Source: Octopus bimaculoides (Eukaryota). Taken from it: DNA of 64,000 nt. How positions within the stretch are numbered: the stretch's first letter is position 1; each line of letters begins with the position of its first letter. The translations under genes were made by a program, and so were the position numbers. The DNA lies in contig NC_068994.1 of assembly GCF_001194135.2 (NCBI RefSeq), forward strand, positions 201,440-265,439, in the 5' to 3' direction. Below are positions 51,000-64,000 of the stretch, piece by piece. Below the pieces are notes generated by a model. That model did not search any database. It saw nothing but the letters and a program-made list of their open reading frames with translations, and was not told where the DNA came from.

Positions 51000-51920
51000 G
51001 GATTGAAATTTACCGAGGGTGTTACGAGGGAAACCCCAAATGACTCTATCATACCCGAAGCTTCAAAAGTGTCCTCTCCCAGTTTCCTCAGTTTTGCCAT
51101 TCTCTGAAAGGGTGAGTAAAGTCTGCAACACTGAAGAGAGTTCTCTAATACCTCAAGCCGGATCTTATCCACAAGTTTGAACAGCTATATGTGGAACGAC
51201 ACCAATACCAGGTTTATTATTAATCTTCTCTGCGATGTATTGCATGAAGTGGAGGCTTTGGTCGATAGATCTGCCAAGAATCATTCAGATCGACGATCTC
51301 CTAACCATACGACTGGCGACAAACGCTAACCTCTCCGTGAAAACTTTCGATAAAATCTTACAAGTGTGCGTTCAGCAGAGCTATAGGTATAAAATTGTCA
51401 ATGTTGTCCGCTTTCTTCGCACCTTTCCTTGGCAGTCACACCACTTTCCGGCTAACATAATCGCCTACTGCCAGTATCATAGATATCAGCTAAGGGAGGG
51501 CGAGATTACAATCGTAGAGGCCAATCTCTCACGGAAATTCATTGAACTGCTTATTCAAATGCGGTGATGATCCATTTGTTAAAACCTTCACTACTCATCG
51601 TTTCTCAGATGTTCTTCATTATTCAACACTGGACAAAGCGTAAGGCGGAAACTTCACGTATCTCTTTAGTAACGAATAGCAATGTTCACCGTTGTCCGTT
51701 GAAGACCTAAACGTGGCTCTGTGGCCATGTCGTGCCTCTTCTAACCAGATTCATTCAAAAGCTGCCGTCCTTCATTGTCTTAGATTACGGGCTTCAACTC
51801 TAACAGTGCTATCTTCGTGTTTCTTGTTTCTACTCACCATTTTCTCTGCCAGAACGTCGCTCACATCGTCTAATGGTCACCTCCAATCTACTGAATTCAC
51901 CTGAAATTCATTCGAATTTA
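51000..51920 (-). mobile_element. L1/Tx1-clade LINE ORF2 fragment (EN-RT linker and RT domains 1-3), inactivated
   Basis: Minus-strand pieces KHEDSTVRVEAR, DNIDNFIPIALLNAHL, KILSKVFTERLAFV, GRSIDQSLHFMQYIAEKINNKPGIG and DKIRLEVLEN match Tx1 NFRPITLLN.D.KILAKVLA.RL / GRSI.DNLH...I motifs. Several frameshifts. Confidence 0.8.
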
Positions 51921-52671
51921 TCACTACCTTCTTAGTCTCTCTCTTCACAGGGATTCACTACATTGACCAGGCTTTGGGGGACAGGTTCCACTGTCTGCGA
52001 GTGGTGTCTAGGCTGGTATGGTGGCGCGGTGAAGTGTTGAGGTGATGATTGCAGTATGGGCATAGTGATGGAATGGTAGTCGTATAGTAATGATGTCATT
52101 GTACAATTGTGTGAGGGTGATGTAGTTAGGTGGTGGCGCAGTTGTGTTGTAGTTGTTTATTAGTGAAGTGTGCCGTGGCGTTGGGATAGTGGCGTGTTCA
52201 AATTAATGGACATGATATTAGTTGTAGATGGTGGTGGGGTGCGATGAGTGCAGGCAGCGGCGTGTTGTAGAGGTGCAGTGTGGATTGTAGTATGGTGGCG
52301 TGCGTATGGTGTGTGGTATGTGAGTTGTAATGGTGGGTAGGGGTCCTGTCTAATTAGGAAATAGAATCTGGAATTCCTTAAACCGACTAACAACAATGTC
52401 GAAATACAATTAAGCTAAGTGGGTTGGACACAGAAAACTCAGCTATTCAACACACACACACACACACACACAAACTCATATCGCGACACGAGTAAATATT
52501 TGATTTTATGTATATACTGTGTACACACATAGAGACACATGCACAAATCTATATCAGTGCATATATAATATTATATATATAGACAGAGAAAGAAAGAGAG
52601 AAAGAAAGGCAGACATGCATACATATATGTATTATATACATTTATGTAAGCATGCGCATGGCTATAAATAA

Positions 52672-52679
<8 letters not shown>

Positions 52680-52711
<32 letters not shown>

Positions 52712-52743
52712 GATTTATATACGTATATGTATATGATATTTAT

Positions 52744-52837
<94 letters not shown>

Positions 52838-52870
52838 TGGATATAGATACATACATACATACATATATAT
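52680..52870. repeat. (CT)n/(AT)n/(ATAC)n compound microsatellite
   Basis: Direct reading of the sequence. Confidence 0.95.
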
Positions 52871-53939
52871 ATACACACACACATACATTCACACACATTA
52901 TATATATACATATTCACTTACACTCACACATGTATACTCAGGCATATATATGCATAGATATATGTGTGCGTGTAAATATATGCATATACTAACAAATATA
53001 TATACGCGCGAGCGCACACACAAGCAATGTACGTGTTTTAATATAACCTGAAGAATATAGATAAAATGGAGTTGTATTTTAATCATTTTAAATCCCTTAA
53101 TCCAGTGTTTCTCAAATTGATAAATACGCGCGCGCGCACCGACTAACACACACGCACACATATGTACATACCCACACAACACACACACGACCATTAGGGA
53201 GATTTTGTTTCCTCCTCTCCTATTTTTTAATAAAAAGACAAAATACAGTTTGCAATTGTACAATCGTATTGTGTTCGCTGTGATATCAGACAAGTTTAAA
53301 ATCCATTGCAGTTATATTCAACATAGCGGTTTGTCTGCCTCGTTGTTCAATCCTCAGAGTCAGTGCCTCACCCCACCTCCCTAAGAGAAACACTGTCTTA
53401 CACAGCAGCGACATCTTAAGACGAAGTCTGCTATTTCTCAACGGTGCAATATATCTTGATCAGAATAGATACAACGGATGATAGGAACCCATTATTTGAA
53501 ATAGCAGCAACGAATAGAGTACATGTTACTCATTGATTATGTAGCGAAGACATAAGAGGCGGGACAGAGACAGTGGAGGTGACCTTTAAAAGGTTCATCT
53601 CTTGACCAACTTGACCAGTGACATTGATGTGGTGAATGACCACATATAATGGCCAAAGACAGGACCAGAAGCCTGACTGGAATCGTTGAAGCAGCAGAGT
53701 GAAATCTACCAAAATGTTGCGAATGAAAAAAACGTGGTGTTTGTAGTGGTGGTACTGTAAAGCCGAGTTGCATGTTCAGTTTACCCCTCTCTAACCGCAT
53801 AACCTGAATAGAGGGCCATGGTAGCCGTTATTCTTCAGTAATAGATCAACTTTCATCAAGAGACAGTGAGATCAAGACATTCTAACCATGCCTTACCCAT
53901 TCTTTTTAGAAGTATCTACGGCAAATCTTATCAAATGTG

Positions 53940-54245
53940 TCCTTATACACCGAAATGTTTGAGGGCAGCCATAAACATACCCTTACACATGTAGACAAAT
54001 GAAACTGTAGCAAACATGTGGCATTTTACAAATCAGAATATCGACAAGATTAATTATATCTAAACCTCCAATGCTTCACCAAATGGTACATCCCTGTGAA
54101 AATTACTGTAGTCTCTGCAATGGCGAAAAATACTTTATTCTCACCAAAACAGACATGGCTTACATATCCTCACCAAATAATACAGGTCTTAAATAAGTGG
54201 TCAGAGTTGATTTCTAAATGTCGACGTGAAACTTAACATTTACCT
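53940..54245 (+). mobile_element. Penelope-like GIY-YIG C-terminal remnant
   Basis: Pieces CSKHV, CSLCNGEKYFIL and LNKWSELISKCRR match the PLE C.LC..EK..IL and LNKRSELISKCRH terminus. Confidence 0.8.
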
Positions 54246-55497
54246 TATTGATCTTAACAGGATTAAAAAGCAATTTTGAATGTAAACTCGAGTGTAGTAG
54301 GTAGACTTCCGGTTTGATTTAACAAAGCATCGAAGCACACTGATATGAAGTATTTGGTATTTGCTGCACCGGCCAGACTTGTGTGAGAATGTCCTAGGAC
54401 AGGGGCGTTATAATCTCAGTAACAGACTAATATAACATATAACTATGACTCTATACAGAAAATATTTACACAAGAAATGGTACGGAGTTCGTTCTTGCTT
54501 TATTCGTAATGTTGCTGCGTACATAATGGGACTTGTAAATACACTTCTATCTACTTACATCTATCTATTATGCGTGCAATAACAATAATAATAACAAATA
54601 ATTTAAAGAAAGTGACACGTGAAACAATAAAGAAATATACGCACACATGTTTGTTTGTGTGTGTGTGTGTTTTATTATATATGTATGCTTACATGACATA
54701 TATATGAATGTTGTGCCACTGCCACCCTGTCACACCCCTATTGCCTACCCCAGCTCCCCCCCCCCCCACTGCATAAACAATAAGCTGTCATCTAAGCATA
54801 ACATGTCTCTACATCAAGCAATGGTTCAGTTTATTTCTCCTTTTCAATACAACCTGATCCGTGGCCTGCCCTGGGCTACATTCCTTTCTCTATCTTTGCT
54901 TCCAATTTTGGACATGGGACTACGTTTGGGTGTATGTGTCTGTACAGGCGCGGACACGCATATGCACACACACACACACACACGCTCTCTCTTTCTCTCT
55001 CTCCCTCACACACACACACACACACTCACTCCATCACACACCCACTCTCTCTCTCTCACACACACACACACACATTGGAGAGAGATAATTCACGATCTCA
55101 GAGTGCTACTATCAAAATAAAGTACTCCAAGTTTTCTGATGTTGATAAGCTATATCTACTGCAATTATTTCGTCACACACACACACCCGCAGCTATATAT
55201 GCATTTATGGGTTAAAAAAATTATCTCTGTATGATTATATAACAAGTTTTCTACACACAGCATTCTAAGGTCGACTGCCATTAGGTCAGGTTGACAATAT
55301 GGCGGCGGTCAACAGTTTTGCTCGCTGTTGCCAAGGGATATAATCAATGTTTTCTTTGGTTTCTTTCTTTCAGGACCGTTATTTTCTTAATTTGTTTTCC
55401 TATCAATCATATTTCTATATTTCACACACTCACATCTGAAATTACTTCAAATCACAAACGTAATAAAATAAACACAGCACATGTACACAAACACACG

Positions 55498-55585
<88 letters not shown>

Positions 55586-56269
55586 CATACATACATAAAA
55601 CACATGTAAATGAACATAAACACACACACACACACACACACACATATATTTACACACATACGTACATATATATTCATAGTATGAGAGTAAAACAAGAAGC
55701 AAGTTGTTGAAATTTCATTTATTTCATATCCACTTATGATAGTTTCAGCGGTCGATAACGCGCGCGCGCACGCAATATACACACCTACCTTTTATGTATA
55801 GCTGTATACATATACCTCTATAATATATGCTTGTGTCCATACTGTATACTATGCACATCCGTATATATACATTCCCATATCTAATAAACGGTCAGGCTCT
55901 GTACGTACATGTCATGTCTCACTACGTTTTTTTTATATATCTGTAGACTTATATACATATTATATATATATATATATATACATATATATACCCGTATATA
56001 AACATTCCTGGTTCTAACATATTGCCTATATCTATCTACACACCTTTCATATACGTCTCACCATATATATATCTTAATGTCTTATACACATATCTGTTCT
56101 ATAGTCATTCAATAGCCATTCTATGTATGTTCTACCTTTAACTATTTAGCTTCAGTCAATGCAATTTCTTGCTCTCAGTCTCCACTGTTGCGCTCTCCAC
56201 TATTCAACACTCTCCTCCACTACCAACTTGTTTCTTATTGATTTTCGTAAAAACGACAAAGCCAGCTCC

Positions 56270-56700
56270 GCTGATTTGTTCGTAGAAGAGTGTTGACGCT
56301 GACTAGCACACCACAAATGAGGAACTTCGTTCTGTCAACAAATATACAACAGTTTGTGCAAGAAGTTCAGGTAGAATCTATTTATTATCTTTACTGTTAA
56401 CAGTCCACGTGTCAACGATGTGTAGTAAAGTCGGCAGAAGTTGAGAGCTTCCGGCTCGTAGGGCCTCTAAACAATAACTTGACTCCTTCCACTCTGAGTT
56501 CTTGAGAAATCCACCTAAAGTGATGTTGACCTTGATAATTCTGCTCCTGAACCCATCGTCGGTATGGACAGCTGTTGATTGAGGGCCGCTAAGGTACGTG
56601 AACTTGTCGACGGTCAATGGAGTTAAACCTTGATTGTGATAGAGTGTCTAAGGTTTCAGGTAGGGATCATATCATGCATGGAGGTATTTATCATATTCCC
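56270..56700 (-). mobile_element. RTE (BovB-like) LINE fragment, C-terminal part of RT
   Basis: TVDKFTYLSGPQSTAVHTDDGFRSRIIK...LLPTLLHIVDTWTV then INRFYLNFLHKLL match RTE VDKFTYLGSTLS.AV.IDDEV..RIAKA / LPTLLY.CETWTV / LN.FHL.CLRKLL. Confidence 0.85.
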
Positions 56701-57327
56701 TTGGGAACATGTCCGCTTTGGCAATGAGCTCTTAATGATATGCTAACGACCAGTTACAGAACTATATATGGAAATGTCTATAAGCGAGGATATGTTTGTA
56801 TGTAGAAGAGGATAACGAACATTATTCAGGGAATATCGAGCAGCAGAGAACAGAATGGAAATAAAGGAAAAATGAGCCACCATTTTCACTCTTGCTTTAC
56901 ATTGAGTGTGTATGTACGCGCGCGCGCGCACACACACGCATCCAATATTTATACATACAAATATATATTTTCGGTAGAGTATTATATTTATATTTTTTGA
57001 AATAGAAAAGGTTGATAGTGACTTCGAATTTCCAGCCCACTTCCCGACACTAGACAGTCTGGTAGCGGTAAGGACGCCAACATTTCGAAGTTGTTCAACC
57101 TTTTCCGTGTGACAGACAGGTAGGTAGGTAGGTACCTTCCCCGATTATAACTCTATATTTCGGGTGTCATTGGCAAAATAAACTTCACTTAATGAAAGTC
57201 CGTTCCAGAAATAGTTGCTTCAGCGATGATGTCATTTATTTATTACGTTGGCGGCGTCAATAACAACAACTTTAACAAAAGACACACACCACTGGATGAA
57301 TGACGCTGCACACAGGCACACACACAC

Positions 57328-57370
<43 letters not shown>

Positions 57371-59022
57371 CAGGTGTATGTTTGTATGAGGTGCGTGAAA
57401 ATATGTGCGTCCGTACACACACACACACACATATTATATATATATATANNNNNNNNNNNNNNNNNNNNNNNNNNNNNNNNNNNNNNNNNNNNNNNNNNNN
57501 NNNNNNNNNNNNNNNNNNNNNNNNNNNNNNNNNNNNNNNNNNNNNNNNNNNNNNNNNNNNNNNNNNNNNNNNNNNNNNNNNNNNNNNNNNNNNNNNNNNN
57601 NNATATATATATATATAAGCAAAAAAGAAATCAGTTTATATAAAAACAATAAACATGCGTACACATCTATTATATCTATCTGTGTGTATATATATGCACA
57701 TATATACATATGTACGTCAGCCAGCCTGCTTATTTATATCAGGCACATTATATGTGCAAGTAGGTGATGATGATGATGATGATGATGATGATACTAAATG
57801 AAAATTAGTAAAACGCTGAAGTGTTCTGTGCCTGTCAACAGCGTCACCTATTGGCCACCGGCCAAGTGGACCTCGTAGCAATGACCAACTTTCAGCAAGA
57901 CGTATGTTTATGGAAGAGTTAATAACATAATGACAGTGGTGTGGGTGCGGGTGCGAGGGTGTCACGTGTCAGTTACCGTCACACTTGGCTGACTGATGCA
58001 ATTAAGCAAACCAGGCGTGGAATAAGCAAAGGTCAGTTGAGGATGAAACTGTAATATCCGGCAGCAGAAATAATTTGATCGGAGAAGAGAATGGGAAAAA
58101 GTGGGCTTTTAGAAGGAGCGGGGTGGGGGTGGGGGAGGAAGATTACTGACTGCCCTGTCTATTGTACAGGGCCCTAAGAAAGAGGTGGAGGGCAGATATG
58201 GACTGACCTCCCATCAACACCTTACCCACCCGCCACACAAGTGCATAACTTCACACTGGAATAGAAATTTGTTGAATATTATCATTTGAGAATAGTGTGT
58301 GTGTGTGATGTGCGTGAGTGAGTGGGTGGTGGTGGTGGTATACGCACGCCCACACACGGGTGTGTGGGTGCAGTTTGCGCATGTACATATGTGTTGTGTG
58401 TGTGTGTGCATACAGAGAGAGAGAGAGAGAGAGAGAGAAAGAGGGAGACAGGGATGTATATGTAGACACAACTAAACACATGCACAACGTGTGTATATAT
58501 ATATGCCTTATATCTGTATGTGTGCCGCTATTAATACTAATACTAATACTAATATTAATACTAATACCGCTATTAATACTAATACACTCGAAATCTCATT
58601 ATATTTAAGTGTGATACAGTTACACACACACACGTAAATAAAATACCCACGTGTTGGCTCAGTGGTAGTAAATCACTGCATGATTTGCTGCTAACAAGTT
58701 TCACCTCCATGTTACAGCAGCGACCTACTGGCCAAGTAGTTCTACGTCCAGGAAATAATTATTTGCATTTCATTTGATCGTACATACACACACACACACG
58801 TGTCCATCCGTCCGTCCGTCCGTCGTTCAGTGGTCAGTTAATTGTGTGAGGTCACTAACTTGTAAATCACATGATACTGCAATAACTAGAATTATATCAC
58901 TGCCTAGAAATATATGAGAGGGGCATCGGAATGTGGATTTGGGGGCACGTGCCCATGCATTCTGCAAACAGTGGCTCACACTGGCACACACTCACACATA
59001 TGTGTATATATATATATATATA

Positions 59023-59281
59023 TCTATATATATAAAAATGAGAATGTGTGTCTGTCTGTCTGTGTGAATCCCTAAAACTCGAGAACTACGCAACCGATTT
59101 CATTCAAATTTTACACGTGCCTTACTTAGGGTTCCAGTTGTGTTTTAGTCAAAACATTTTTTTAACTTCTTGCAGAGTTCGAGCCCACGGCAACATAATA
59201 TCTCCTCCACTATTTAAGTATTACGTGTCAAAAGTGAAACAAAAAGACTCATGTCAAATACTTTCACTTTAAAAATGAAAC
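59023..59281 (+). mobile_element. Non-autonomous Helitron-like element, 5' part (cut by a gap)
   Basis: A|TCTATATATATAAAAATG start, then a (TGTC)n tract and AAAACTCGAGAACTACGCAACCGATTTCATTCAAATTTTACAC. This is the layout of invertebrate Lep1/HINE-like non-autonomous Helitrons (from memory). Confidence 0.65.
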
Positions 59282-59589
59282 NNNNNNNNNNNNNNNNNNN
59301 NNNNNNNNNNNNNNNNNNNNNNNNNNNNNNNNNNNNNNNNNNNNNNNNNNNNNNNNNNNNNNNNNNNNNNNNNNATACATATAGATGTATATGTACACGT
59401 ATATGTATAGATATATATATATAGATCTATATGCATACATGTATATGTATACATATGTGTAGATGTATATATATATATATAGATGTACATGTAATATGTA
59501 CACATATATACATATATATACATGCATACAGATATCTATACATATATACACCCATCACACACATACACATGGACACAAACACACACATT

Positions 59590-59715
59590 AGTCATTTGTT
59601 TTCTTATCCAAAACTACGTCAAAAGTACTGAATGGATCTTTATGAAATTTGGAAATTACATTCTATGCATAACGGCCATATATTTTTGATGTTGATGAAA
59701 TTTTAACCCGAACAT
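59590..59715 (+). mobile_element. HINE/DINE-1-like non-autonomous Helitron fragment
   Basis: AAAACTACGTCAAAAGTACTGAATGGATCTTTATGAAATTTGGA is similar in layout to the 59065-59115 block. Confidence 0.4.
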
Positions 59716-59786
59716 AACAGATGAGCATTATTTGTAATTCAACGGTACAGAGAGAGAGAGAGAGAGCATTATTTGTAATTCAACGG

Positions 59787-59826
<40 letters not shown>

Positions 59827-60357
59827 CGAAAGGAAAGAGTAAGGTGAAGCTATTTGTGACAACGAAATAATATGAACGAAGACAGGGAGCAGACTGACCG
59901 AAGCTGGAGACACCAAGAACAGAACCACAAACTATTCTTTAATTTCAGAATTGCTCAAACAAGAAAACCATATCAGTGACGATTTGTTGTATCTATGATA
60001 CTCAACCCCTAGCTTGTCTCATTATCATAAAGTATTTAACATAATTAAACAATGTGATGAAGATATTGAAATTTAATCATTAGAATATTAGAAAATTAAC
60101 AAAATGGAGTATTTCCAAGAGCTCCGCTCGAGTTAATAAAAATATGAAGATATTGCCTCCAAGATAAAAGAGCGTTAATGTGTGTGTGTGTGTGCGTAAA
60201 TATATTCATTACACACACACACACACACAGAGTTAATATATACCGACCTCGATATTTCTCTTGTTTTTATTGTATTGTGAATAAGAAGCTTCCTGTGTAG
60301 ACATCTCTCTCTCTCTCTCTCTCTCTCGGCATATAGCTGCTCGTTTATACAGATAAG

Positions 60358-60419
<62 letters not shown>

Positions 60420-60864
60420 TAGATGTATACATACAATACATATAAGCGTGTATAAATGTTGTTTACAAAGAAAAGGGGTGGAGGTCAGTGTTGGGTTAAA
60501 TAAGAGAGGCTGTCCGCCATCACTAAACATATGTGAGCAGGACTTGGCAGGTGTTCTTTAAGGGTCTATATTCTCTTGTCCCTCGATACGTGACGGATCA
60601 GCTTCCGTTAGTTAAGCTATTTGTAGCTTTGACCTTCCCGACATGTTTGACTAAGTTGACAAGATCCGATGGCGTCTGTTGACAAAATGGCGTCATACAG
60701 TATTCTCACACGCACACACATACATACACGCATCCACAACCACCTACCAACACACCAAACATTGATTCTGCTTGTTGTTCAAACTGCCGGCCTTCCCATC
60801 CTCTTAACACCCACACATGTATTGTGTGTAGAGTGCATGTCTGTATACACACATACCTTCTTTG

Positions 60865-60897
<33 letters not shown>

Positions 60898-61069
60898 GCA
60901 TCTGTATTTTTTGTTTGTTTGTTTTGTTTTCATTTTGCTTGCCTTTCCTGCGTGTTCGGCTTCAATGTATGTGCATGTACGTATCTGTATAAATACCCAG
61001 TGACGTATATGTGTGGAAAACACTTTAAAAAAAAGTTCAATTTTTAAAAAACTAAACCTTAAAACATTC

Positions 61070-61152
61070 TATCTCTGATGAAGGAAATGCGACGACCAAA
61101 GTCGAAAGAATAAGCTTTTGTTTTACGTATTCCCTGAAACGATCGTAAGATA
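61070..61152 (+). ncRNA. Type I hammerhead ribozyme (predicted cleavage after GUA, 61147)
   Basis: Stem I UAUCU (61070-74) pairs with AGAUA (61148-52). Core CUGAUGA at 61075-81. Stem II AGGAAAUGCG (61082-91) pairs with CGUAUUCCCU (61126-35), 9 of 10 pairs. GAAA at 61136-39. Stem III lies within the palindrome ACGAUCGU (61139-46). H17 = A. Confidence 0.8.
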
Positions 61153-61524
61153 TCTCACTTCATTATATTTTTATTTCATTCGGGAACTGCTTTATTTTAT
61201 TTCATTTGAGGGCATTTTTAAATCGCCCTATTCCAGGAAGAGGAAGGGCACTATTCAAAGGTAACGTTTATGTAATAAAGGGAGGAGTAACGATAACGGG
61301 TTAAATATACAATAGGGACAGAATAATTGAATGTGAAAGTAATTAACAGGGCGCTAATATCGAGGGAATGCCCGTTAGCTCCTCCGAAGATAGTCATTAG
61401 AGACCAATGAGAGAACCTCTTCTTTGGTCTCTCCAGAGATGGCGCTTGAGATTACGATTTGTTGATTGTTTCTCGGAGAAGGTATACTCAGCTTACTTCC
61501 CCAGTTAATAGTATGAGATCAGTT

Positions 61525-61747
61525 CGTTGCTATTATGCAAAAATGTCGTAAGTCTAAAACGTTGCTTTTTCAGAAAATGAAAAACATAGTTTCCTCATTC
61601 CATAGCAAAACCGTTCTACTACACTTTGACAATTTTCATATCTTGGCATCAAAAGCAGCTGGAGATACGATAGTTTGACCAATAGAACCGGCTATTGCAA
61701 GCAAAAATAAATATTGAAAAAAAAGGCATTTGGCCAAATTTGGACAT
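61525..61747 (+). mobile_element. Non-autonomous DNA element, copy 2 (lacks ~145 bp present in copy 1 at 32293-32668)
   Basis: See 32293-32668. Confidence 0.8.
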
Positions 61748-63039
61748 TCGACAGTTTAATAAAATAGTCACGAGTTACATGGGGAAAATGTTTATATTCT
61801 TACTTTACCCACAGTAAAGCCTTGTAATATCTAAAGTTACTGTTGTTCTTTTGATTTACACTTTGTTGCGTATAGAATAGATATTGAGTAATGATGAACC
61901 ATCAAAAACACAAATATGCAGATTGGGCTATCCGCTACAGTGCTAGCCTAATTCATGGTTGCTCTATATAACAGTCTACCTGTGCTATTGATTGGAAAAC
62001 AAAGGCGAGTACGTCTTCTCTGAGGAGTAGACAACAAAGCACAAAACTGTCCATGAGGAGACTTCCAACTCTTTTGCCGCACATCAGTGAGATAGAAAGG
62101 TGTTTATATTCTTTTTTAGTCCCAGTGAAACTTTGTAATATGATATGTGTAGTGTATAAACGCGTGCGTGTATGTATATGTGCGTGTGTGTGCATGTATA
62201 TATGGATGGATGGATGAGTGTGTGTGTGTATACATACACACACATGCAGAAAGGAAACAAATTGGGTGGGGTAAGCTACCCCAACTTACAAAGAATTGAC
62301 AATAAACCTCCAAAACGCCAACATCGAGATGTGAAAGTTTTTATCAATGTTTTATTTTTGTCGTCTAATTAAGTAATGATTCGTTATTCCACCCACCCCA
62401 CCCTCACCCCGGCAGCCTGAACAAACAGAGTGAAATTAGTGATAGCCAATAAAGTGTGAGTAATTACATCTAATGTCTGTCACTGTGTATAACCCCACGC
62501 CGCCCTTGCTGGCTCTCACTATTATCTCCAGCTTTGACACTAAGTGGTCGGCAGGTTGACACTTAAATTACTGAGCAAGCTGACATTTAGTATTACCGAC
62601 AGTAATATAGATGTCACTAGTAACATGTCGAAGAGGGGGGGGGATAACAACGGAGACAATTTTCTCTTCTTAAGCTTTTTCATTATTTTATTTTGGTCAT
62701 GAGACTGCGGCTGGGCTGGAGTACCGTCTTCCAGGTATTTTTTAACTGATCGATTTTAGGACTAATTGTCGGTCGCTACTTATTTTAATGAACCCCCCCC
62801 NNNNNNNNNNNNNNNNNNNNNNNNNNNNNCCCACACACACACACACACTTATTGACTGGGGAAATTGACTGTTTTTAAGTAAAAAGGCGCAACTCGAAGT
62901 TGCATTTTATACAGATGCACACACACACATGCATGTACACACGCACACCCACGAACGGACACGCATACACACATCGAACTACCAAATTTCACTGATAAAG
63001 CATTAGTTAATTGAAGGTCACAAAAGAAAACAAATGTTC

Positions 63040-63115
63040 AAGTTCGCGTGCAATGGATTCGAAATCGGGACGCAACGGTTATAAAACGGGCTTCTTAACC
63101 TCGCAACTACACCTG
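63040..63115 (-). mobile_element. tRNA-derived SINE head fragment
   Basis: Minus strand CAGGTGTAGTTGCGAGGTTAAGAAGCCCG...GATTTCGAATCCATTGCACGCGAACTTGAAC has an A-box/B-box layout. Confidence 0.55.
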
Positions 63116-63714
63116 TATCTCTTGACTTGCAACCATCTTTTCGCTTGTTTTATTTGTCCCTGTGGCGTTGGAGAGTGTCATGAATAAACGTTGGGAGAGA
63201 ATTGGGTTGTTGTGAAGGGGATGCCTTTTCATCCTGGAAATGAAGTGAAATGATTCCATCTGGGTGGAAGTGAAATGTGAAAGAGAATAATGAAATAACA
63301 TAAAATACAAGAGATGGAACACCGTATCAGCCTTAATTTAGGTGGCCGTGTTAACCATTACACTAAAAGGGATCACAGCACATTTCATCTGGTGGAATCA
63401 ACACTTATAAAGTGTCGCTGCACAAACAACTAATCCATCTCAACTTTCACACGAGAATTCTCCCTATTTTTTGTGCTTATTTAATTCGAAGCTTTCGAGA
63501 AAGGCATTTGATGTTTCAGTTTTGATTTAGTTTCCACGTCTTAAATTCTCTACACACTTTATAATTGGAACACCAAACAAATACGTACATCTATGAGATT
63601 ATCAAGAAAACGGTTAAGATTATCGATTATAAAATGAAATTTTAATTAAATCAGACATTTTACAAACATAAATCTGAGATAAAGAAACGAACCCAATCCT
63701 CAACGAGAATCAAA

Positions 63715-64000
63715 CTATGGCCTCACTTTTCCTTGCAGCTCGTTCCGATTATCAATTCCAATTTCTCCAACATATTTCTCAAATCTGGTTGTTAGTGCTC
63801 CCACTGCCTCTACAACTACTGGCGTGACACCACACTGTGGGCTTACATTTCTTTGTCCTTGGGTGTTATCCTTTCGACGGTTCTCGTTATACAGTGTCCT
63901 AGCTACAACATCATGTCTCATCGCTAGATAATACTGTGATGACATTTTCGGACAACTGCTTATGCTGTGGGTGATATCTTCCATATTAACTCCACAGAGT
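63715..64000 (-). mobile_element. R4/Dong-clade LINE fragment (CCHC knuckle joined to RLE C-terminus), running off the window edge
   Basis: EDITHSISSCPKMSSQYYLAMRHDVVARTLYN (knuckle + RHD motif) is followed by VTPVVVEAVGALTTRFEKYVGEIGID, homologous to VVPVIVGALGTVSENIERYMEQI at 5013-5393. Confidence 0.85.

Noticed and set aside
59724-59825. Duplicated ~40-bp segment ending in (GA)n
   Set aside because: Most simply slippage or misassembly at an (AG)n microsatellite; there is no further structure.

Overview
This is eukaryotic, AT-rich animal genomic DNA from a draft assembly with 15 N-gaps, most flanked by microsatellites. The SINE families and the density of (AT)n/(AC)n/(AG)n/trinucleotide repeats suggest a coleoid cephalopod, probably Octopus (inference). 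I found no intact host gene, tRNA, rRNA or CRISPR array. Almost all listed ORFs are microsatellite or N-gap artefacts, or pieces of decayed retrotransposons. The window is an intergenic or intronic graveyard of mobile elements: L1/Tx1, R4/Dong, CR1, RTE and Penelope-like (PLE) fragments, at least four SINE families, non-autonomous Helitron-like elements and MITEs. The strongest unexplained signals are: (1) a complete canonical type I hammerhead ribozyme at 61070-61152 with a palindromic stem III and an unusually long, branched stem II; (2) two ultra-short hairpins with an identical CCACTTACAGTGG apex, chained through shared TA dinucleotides to a pogo-like MITE (30892-31139); (3) an R4/Dong LINE inserted into the (ATT)n tail of a SINE; (4) a same-strand CR1-RT/Penelope-endonuclease fusion; (5) a motif-rich promoter-like segment at the left edge. 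All protein family calls are by-eye motif recognition from manual translation, not database searches.
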